Assembly (NCBI GenBank): GCA_963733675.1
Contig: CAVTET010000001.1
Coordinates: 1,098,446-1,162,445 of the forward strand
Source of the DNA: an uncultured Methanosarcinaceae archaeon
Lineage (GTDB): Archaea > Halobacteriota > Methanosarcinia > Methanosarcinales > Methanosarcinaceae
Length of the DNA stretch: 64,000 bases
Direction of reading: 5' to 3'
Shown: in pieces, positions 58,351-64,000 of the stretch
Numbering within the stretch: position 1 is the first letter of the stretch
How the letters are laid out: each line of letters opens with the position of its first letter
The notes under the pieces: generated by a model
Seen by the model: only the letters and a program-made list of their open reading frames with translations
Database searches by the model: none
Told to the model about the DNA's origin: nothing
Position numbers and translations under genes: made by a program

Positions 58351-58620
58351 AAATCTGTTTCGTTGTTGTGTAGATTTTTTTGTATTAAAAATGATGTGTT
58401 TTCGCCATTTTAGCCAATAAATTAAGACACTAAAAACGAAATTTGAGGACATTTTCAACAAAATTTAAGGAACGATGCATATATATTACTAAAATATATG
58501 TAAAAATTAAATAGCCAAAATGCTGCTATATTTATCCCGCGAAGGATAAAAATAAATGAAAATTAAGTAACTATTTAGCCTACAAATAGAATTTATTCAA
58601 TCCATGTAGATAAAGTTCCT

Positions 58621-59160
58621 TTAGTGTACCAAGCTTCTTAGCTGCAGATTAATTTCAGTTGCCTTGTCATATGCTTTTATTGCTTCATTAAATTTATCTA
58701 AATTATCCAGAGCATTTCCTTTATTGTACCAAGCTACTGAATTCTGCGGGTTAATTTCAATGGCTTTGTCATATGCTTTAATTGCTTCATCAGATCTATT
58801 TAAATCATCTAGAGCAACTCCTTTACTTATCCAAGGCATTGGACTCTGCGGATTAATTTCAATTGCTTTATCATATGCTGCTATTGCCTCATCAGATTTA
58901 TTTAATTTGTATAGAGCAGCTCCTTTAAAGTGCCAGGCATATGAGTTATGCGGGTTAATTTCAATTGCTTTGTCAAGTTCTTTTAGTGCTTCATCAGACT
59001 TGTTTAAATTAGAGACATTGTTGCTGCCAGAGTTCAAAATATCTGTTAATGGTATCGCTCCAGTAATACTCACTAGAAAAAAAAACGCCAGCAAAGTGAT
59101 GCCTAAAGCCTTTATGAGGGTAGGCCTTCTACTTGTTTTATCATTTATCGCTTTTTTCAT
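58621..59160 (-). CDS. Secreted/anchored TPR protein
   Basis: N-terminal hydrophobic segment; repeated EAIKAYDKAIEINPQ. Confidence 0.85.
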   Translation of the reverse strand: MKKAINDKTSRRPTLIKALGITLLAFFFLVSITGAIPLTDILNSGSNNVSNLNKSDEALKELDKAIEINPHNSYAWHFKGAALYKLNKSDEAIAAYDKAIEINPQSPMPWISKGVALDDLNRSDEAIKAYDKAIEINPQNSVAWYNKGNALDNLDKFNEAIKAYDKATEINLQLRSLVH

Positions 59161-59787
59161 TTTCAGCCTCTTGAAGTGGTTTCAGACATTAATGATGAGA
59201 AGTAATTACAAAAATACAACTGAATAATACTTCAATCTACAAAGTAAACTTTTCTACTAAAAAAATATATTTTTTAATTTATTAAGACATTTTTTATATG
59301 AATATTAGTTATCGAATTCATCCAAATTTTCAAAAAAAACATGAGAACAATATTTTAATTTACAGGTAGCTATTAAGAAAAAAAAATTTAATCTGGATTA
59401 CTATACAAGTCAAAAAAACTCCATTGTAATGTAGGACATAAATATCTAAAAATAAGGATTCAGGGATCTTAGCACAAAACATATGCATCTTTAAGAAAGA
59501 TAAATTCAGTTTTTTGTGGCAAAGAAAATAATACAGAGACAATTAAAATTTACAGAATTTTTGGTATACTGCCATCTATTTTTTATCGTTGTCTTTTCTG
59601 TAGAGACTTTTTATTACTTTCCGCTTTTTCAATTGATTATGGGCAATTGCTAGCGTAATTAATGATAAATTTTTACACTTGAAAAATATTAAAAAATTTC
59701 TAAATTGAGAGATTCTAGATCCAAAACAGCAGTTGTAAATATAAAATGAGTATAATTGCATATACTCATATGCGGATGGTGATATCT

Positions 59788-60130
59788 ATGGATATTGTTT
59801 ACATATTTAAGGCATTGGCTGATGAAAACAGAATAAGAATACTGAATCTTTTAAGAAGCGGTGAATTATGTGGCTGCGATATTGAGTCAGTCCTGGGCAT
59901 TAAACAGTCCAAAGATTCCAGACACTTAAATAGGCTGAAAATGGCAGAAATTATAGTTTCTAAAAAAAGTCTAACTGGGTCTATTATCGACCTAATAGTG
60001 TAATTTTTCAAAGATTTTCCTTCCTTTTAATCATCATCGACGACTAAATAGAGGAAAACAGCGTTTGTAACGAAGATTTAGAATTACTGACGAAGATCAA
60101 AGAAAGTGGTAGAACGTGCGATTGATTGAG
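59788..60130 (+). pseudogene. arsR: ArsR/SmtB transcriptional regulator, frameshifted
   Basis: FKALADENRIRIL...ELCGCDI...SRHL; shifts at A-run ~59962. Confidence 0.8.
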
Positions 60131-60169
60131 AAATTATTCGGTTTATCAAAAAGCATATAGGTGTTCGTT

Positions 60170-60750
60170 TTGGAAAAATCTGTTGTATCAAAATTATCTT
60201 TTCTAAACCGCTATTTAACCCTATGGGTTTTTTATCTATGTTTATCTGTGCGGGTTTAGGTTTCGTCTATCCATGATTTGCCGGCTTTTTAAAAAATTTA
60301 TCTATAGGCACTACATCTATTCCCATCGCCATTGGTTTAATAGTTATAATGTATCCTCCCCGAGCAAGAGTCAAATACGAGGAATTAGGAAAGGTATTCA
60401 AAAATCACAAGGTATTAGGATTATCCTTGCTAGAAAATTGGATCATTGGTCCTATTTTGATGTTTGTATTGGCGATTATATTTCTTAGAGCTTATCCTGA
60501 GTATATGGTAGGTGTCATTCTAATCGGTTTGGCCAGATGTATCGAATGGTGATTGTTTGGAATACCCTAGTAGATGGGGATAATAAGTATGCTGCAGCTT
60601 TAGTTGCCTTCAATTCTATCTTCCAGTTAGTTTTTTTATTCCGTTTTTGCTTACTTTTTTATAACCACACTACCCGAGTGGCTTGGACTTAGTGGTATGG
60701 AAATACATGTATCCATGGGAGCGGTAGCCCAAAGTGTTGGTGTTTATTTC
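60170..60750 (+). pseudogene. acr3: ACR3 arsenite efflux transporter, frameshifted and truncated
   Basis: [43 protein letters not shown]. Confidence 0.85.
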
Positions 60751-60751
60751 A

Positions 60752-61065
60752 GTCGAATACCCCGCAGCTTGCTGTGGGGATGGAAAACTTCCCCGATAAC
60801 CGTTGTTAAATAATAAATTTATATTTTTTGCTACATTTGTACTGTAAATGGAACTAAGACGCGCAAACCATTGTGTATATAAAATAAGATATCACATGGT
60901 TTTTTTGTTTGAAGTACCGTAAAAATCTTTTTTTAGGGACAGAACTCATCAACTTTTTGAAAAACGTATGCTTTGAAATTAGTGAAATGATACTGTTTTG
61001 AGTTTGATGCAATTGGTAGTGATGGTGATCATGTACATCTTTTTGTTGGAGCTGAACAAACATAA
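60752..61065 (+). mobile_element. IS200-type relic (end hairpin + tnpA fragments)
   Basis: CCCCGCAGC-TT-GCTGTGGGG hairpin; YKIRYHMV..LKYRK, DGDHVHLFVGAE (HUH). Confidence 0.75.
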
Positions 61066-61107
61066 AAACCTATATTGTTTATCTAGGATCAATTCTATTA
61101 AGTTAGT

Positions 61108-62244
61108 ATGAGTAATTCGAAGATCTTAACAGATTACTTAAGAAAGTGCCACGCAGATGGACTGACGGAAGAGACAATTGCAACTGCTGAATATACACTT
61201 ATAAAGTTCATAGAATGGTGTGGAGATCGAGAATTAAAGGAGTTTACTACAGACGATGTTTACGATTATCTGGATTTTATAAATGCCTATACATACATCA
61301 GAGCTGGTAAGGCCGTTAAATACTCACCTGGTACACAGCAACGAATTAGAACTGTTTTGAAAAAATTCTTGACCTTTATAAATCCTGAACTAGGAGCCGT
61401 AATAAAGTTGCGGACGATAAAAAATGGGAAAATCCCCGAAGATATTTTGACTCGCGAAGAAATTGAAAAATTAATTGATTCATGTCGAAGTAACAGAGAT
61501 CGGGCTATAATTGCTATTTTTTATGAAAGCGGAGCTAGAAGGGGGGAATTACTAACAGTTCAACTTAAGCATGTGACTTTTGACGAGAATGGGGCAATCC
61601 TCAATATCCAAAAAGGGAAAACAGGAAGTCGACGCATTAGGCTTGTATTAGCTTCATCTTATCTTAAACAGTGGATCGACACGCATCCATTAAAGAATGA
61701 TCTTGATGCTTACTTATTCTGTTCGACTAATTCTCCTTTTAGTGTCGTCACATTTGTAGGACTTGCAGATCAACTGCACAAAATAGCAAGTAGAGCAGCT
61801 ATCCAGCCAAAAAGAGTTTATCCACATGCTTTTAGACATGCCAGAGCAACCCACTTAGCCGAACAATTACCTGAACAACTTTTGAAAGAATATTTAGGCT
61901 GGACAAAATCAAGTAATATGGCGAGTATATATGTGCATATGTCAGGCCGAGATGTGGATAATGCTATACTTAAGTTGCATGGAATCGAGACTGGAGAAGC
62001 TACCAAAAAATTCATTGTTAATAAATGCCCACGTTGTAAGGAAATAAATCCAGAAAATGCTTTATTTTGTTTTAAGTGTGGGCTGCCACTTACGCAGGAA
62101 ACTGCAACAACAGTAGAATCCGTAAAAACCGATTATATGCAACTCGCAGATCTAGACGAAATTAGAGAAATGAAAAATACATTAAAACAGGAGCTAGAGG
62201 AACTCTCTAAGCTGAAAGAGATGATGCTTAAAGCTGGAAAATGA
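61108..62244 (+). CDS. Tyrosine recombinase/integrase with C-terminal zinc ribbon
   Basis: ESGARRGE (R), KGKTG (K), HAFRH, LGW, YVH; CPRC...CFKC. Confidence 0.92.
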   Translation: MSNSKILTDYLRKCHADGLTEETIATAEYTLIKFIEWCGDRELKEFTTDDVYDYLDFINAYTYIRAGKAVKYSPGTQQRIRTVLKKFLTFINPELGAVIKLRTIKNGKIPEDILTREEIEKLIDSCRSNRDRAIIAIFYESGARRGELLTVQLKHVTFDENGAILNIQKGKTGSRRIRLVLASSYLKQWIDTHPLKNDLDAYLFCSTNSPFSVVTFVGLADQLHKIASRAAIQPKRVYPHAFRHARATHLAEQLPEQLLKEYLGWTKSSNMASIYVHMSGRDVDNAILKLHGIETGEATKKFIVNKCPRCKEINPENALFCFKCGLPLTQETATTVESVKTDYMQLADLDEIREMKNTLKQELEELSKLKEMMLKAGK

Positions 62245-62424
62245 TTTATATATAATTTTTAATGGATTTTGTTTTAAGGAATCCTTATTTCATCCCATAT
62301 TTTTCTGGCTTAAAGTTGTAGTCTAAATTTGTTTTATCAATGCAGGTTGCTCGGGCTTGTCATGGCTTAATCTGTGGGCTTAAAGAGACGATGATTAAAA
62401 CTGGAAATAACTATTTTGCAATTA

Positions 62425-63627
62425 TTATGAGCTAATAATTTTTTCCTGGAATTTTTCGAAATAATTACTATAAAGTGTATCTAATTCTTTAAGTCCAGTT
62501 GCTGGGTCCTTTTCTTTATGAATAGAAATTAATTCATTTATTTCGTGAACGAACTCTCTTTCTTCGGGGGAGGAGGTACCATCCATGACGTCTCTCTGAA
62601 AGCAGTGGTTGAAAATGAGATCTGAAGTTACTCCCGTATTTATTTCGTGGTAATATTTTATTCTAATTATTTTGTCGCTCAATATTTCAGGAAGTCCTTC
62701 CATTATTTTTTTGAATATCTCTACCGAAGTCTTATTCAATATCTCTTGGGGTATTTTATTCAACTCTTCGTTGGGCATTTCTGGGGATTTTTCATGTATC
62801 TGTTTCATCATTTTTGGGATTATTTCTTTTGATATTTTTATAGACAACTCTTTTATAATTCGATTAGTTTGTTCTTCATGTGATTTGTCTTCCATTGATG
62901 ATGGTATTTCTTTTAACATTCGTTCGAATGTTTCTTTTGATATTTCCACACTCAAAAAATATTCTGAAAAATTTTGAAACAAGTCTAATGTCAATAGATC
63001 TTTTGGGTATTCACTGTCAACAATTTGTTTAATATTATGAATTTTCGAAATCCTTCTAATACATTTAATGTAAACTTCTTGAATCAATTCTTTGGAACTT
63101 TGTTCCACAGCAATCAAATTTTTGATATATTGCTCTTCATTAAAGAGTTCCCCTAACTTGTAAAGTTCAGAAGCCCGGGCATACAATGTTTCAACGTCCG
63201 TTTTTATGCACATATCAAAAAAGGAGGCTGACAGGAACAGCTTAACAAAAGATTTTTTTGCACGCATAGAATTTTTAAGAGGACGCTCGGTAAGAAGACG
63301 CTCGGTAAGTAGTATATCTAATGATTTTCCACACGTATTTAACTTAATGTCTTCGAAATAAAATCTAATATTTTTCAAGTTTTTGAGTGTTGTTATATTC
63401 CAATAATTACGCAGACCGATTTTAGGCGGAATTAGTTCGATACATATAAGGTCTTGCAAATTATGCATGTGCTTATTGATAGTACTTTGATCCATCACTT
63501 CATGTTTTTTCTTCAAATGGTCCCTGATAACTGGCTCTGAGACAGGTCCGTTGTTTTTTAAAATGAATTCCAATATGCTGGATTTCACTTCTTTGTGTTT
63601 AAGGTGGGATCCTTTCGTTTTTGCCAT
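62425..63627 (-). CDS. Hypothetical protein with N-terminal winged HTH
   Basis: ILEFILKNNGPVSEPVIRDHL...QSTINKHMHNL. Confidence 0.7.
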   Translation of the reverse strand: MAKTKGSHLKHKEVKSSILEFILKNNGPVSEPVIRDHLKKKHEVMDQSTINKHMHNLQDLICIELIPPKIGLRNYWNITTLKNLKNIRFYFEDIKLNTCGKSLDILLTERLLTERPLKNSMRAKKSFVKLFLSASFFDMCIKTDVETLYARASELYKLGELFNEEQYIKNLIAVEQSSKELIQEVYIKCIRRISKIHNIKQIVDSEYPKDLLTLDLFQNFSEYFLSVEISKETFERMLKEIPSSMEDKSHEEQTNRIIKELSIKISKEIIPKMMKQIHEKSPEMPNEELNKIPQEILNKTSVEIFKKIMEGLPEILSDKIIRIKYYHEINTGVTSDLIFNHCFQRDVMDGTSSPEEREFVHEINELISIHKEKDPATGLKELDTLYSNYFEKFQEKIISS

Positions 63628-63783
63628 GTGTAGTGATATGTATGAATACTATTTAAACATAGTTTATAGCATATTCTTTTAAAATAGTATATTGATAATG
63701 AAAAATTAAATACATAGGTTATTGATAACCTAGAAACCCTTTTATTGTATATCTGTCATAGCTTATGGCTGAGGTTAAAAGAA

Positions 63784-63993
63784 ATGGTTTTCGATTTCGG
63801 AAAAAGAAAAATCCAAAAAGTAGGCTATTCTTTTTTGGTCCCTCTCCCTGTCGATTGGATCAAAAATTTGGATATAGGTAAGGGAGATTTATTGAAAATA
63901 GAGATGTTAGATGACCACAGCTTAAAGTTGACCCCAGTTCCACAGGCCCGACAAGACTCTGAAGGAACCAGGAGCGCAACATCAACCAACTAA
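63784..63993 (+). CDS. AbrB/MazE/SpoVT-type DNA-binding protein
   Basis: RKIQKVGYSFLVPLPVDWIKNLDIGKGDLL; ATG 63784 after GAGGT. Confidence 0.8.
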   Translation: MVFDFGKRKIQKVGYSFLVPLPVDWIKNLDIGKGDLLKIEMLDDHSLKLTPVPQARQDSEGTRSATSTN

Positions 63994-64000
63994 AAGAAGG

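Noticed and set aside
57926-59227. ORFs 57926..58300 (-) and 58664..59227 (+), and 126/102-bp repeats
   Set aside because: Antisense shadows of TPR coding repeats.

Overview
AT-rich archaeal chromosomal window; gene content and IS families point to Methanosarcina/Methanosarcinaceae (inference). Intact housekeeping islands (sugar epimerases + GT4, proS-ZPR1-sepF-PUA, MFS, ACT/MBL-fold protein, GIY-YIG, phosphoribosyltransferase, FAD oxidoreductase, ahcY, glpX, MiaB-like methylthiotransferase) sit in a heavily eroded matrix. That matrix holds six near-full IS6 copies (two intact), two IS6 end fragments, four ~150-bp IS6-type MITEs, relics of IS256, IS5, IS110, IS630 and IS200/IS605, and many pseudogenes (SOD, bacterioferritin, Hsp20, keto-acid decarboxylase, ArsR/Acr3, YVTN, STAND-TPR). 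None of the IS6 copies or MITEs I checked has a target-site duplication, and most abut a truncated gene, which points to IS6-driven deletion. Best leads: (1) two identical inverted MITEs enclosing a META-domain gene with a single in-frame amber codon; (2) a TATA-preceded, hairpin-closed candidate sRNA with two CUCCCC anti-SD-like motifs; (3) mosaic IS6 alleles and a possible 17-kb inversion; (4) a duplicated CxxC gene and a shared upstream motif in a small stress-gene island; (5) the edge of an integrated element at the right end. I saw no CRISPR array, tRNA or rRNA. Relic coordinates are approximate, and family calls come from motif recognition, not database searches.
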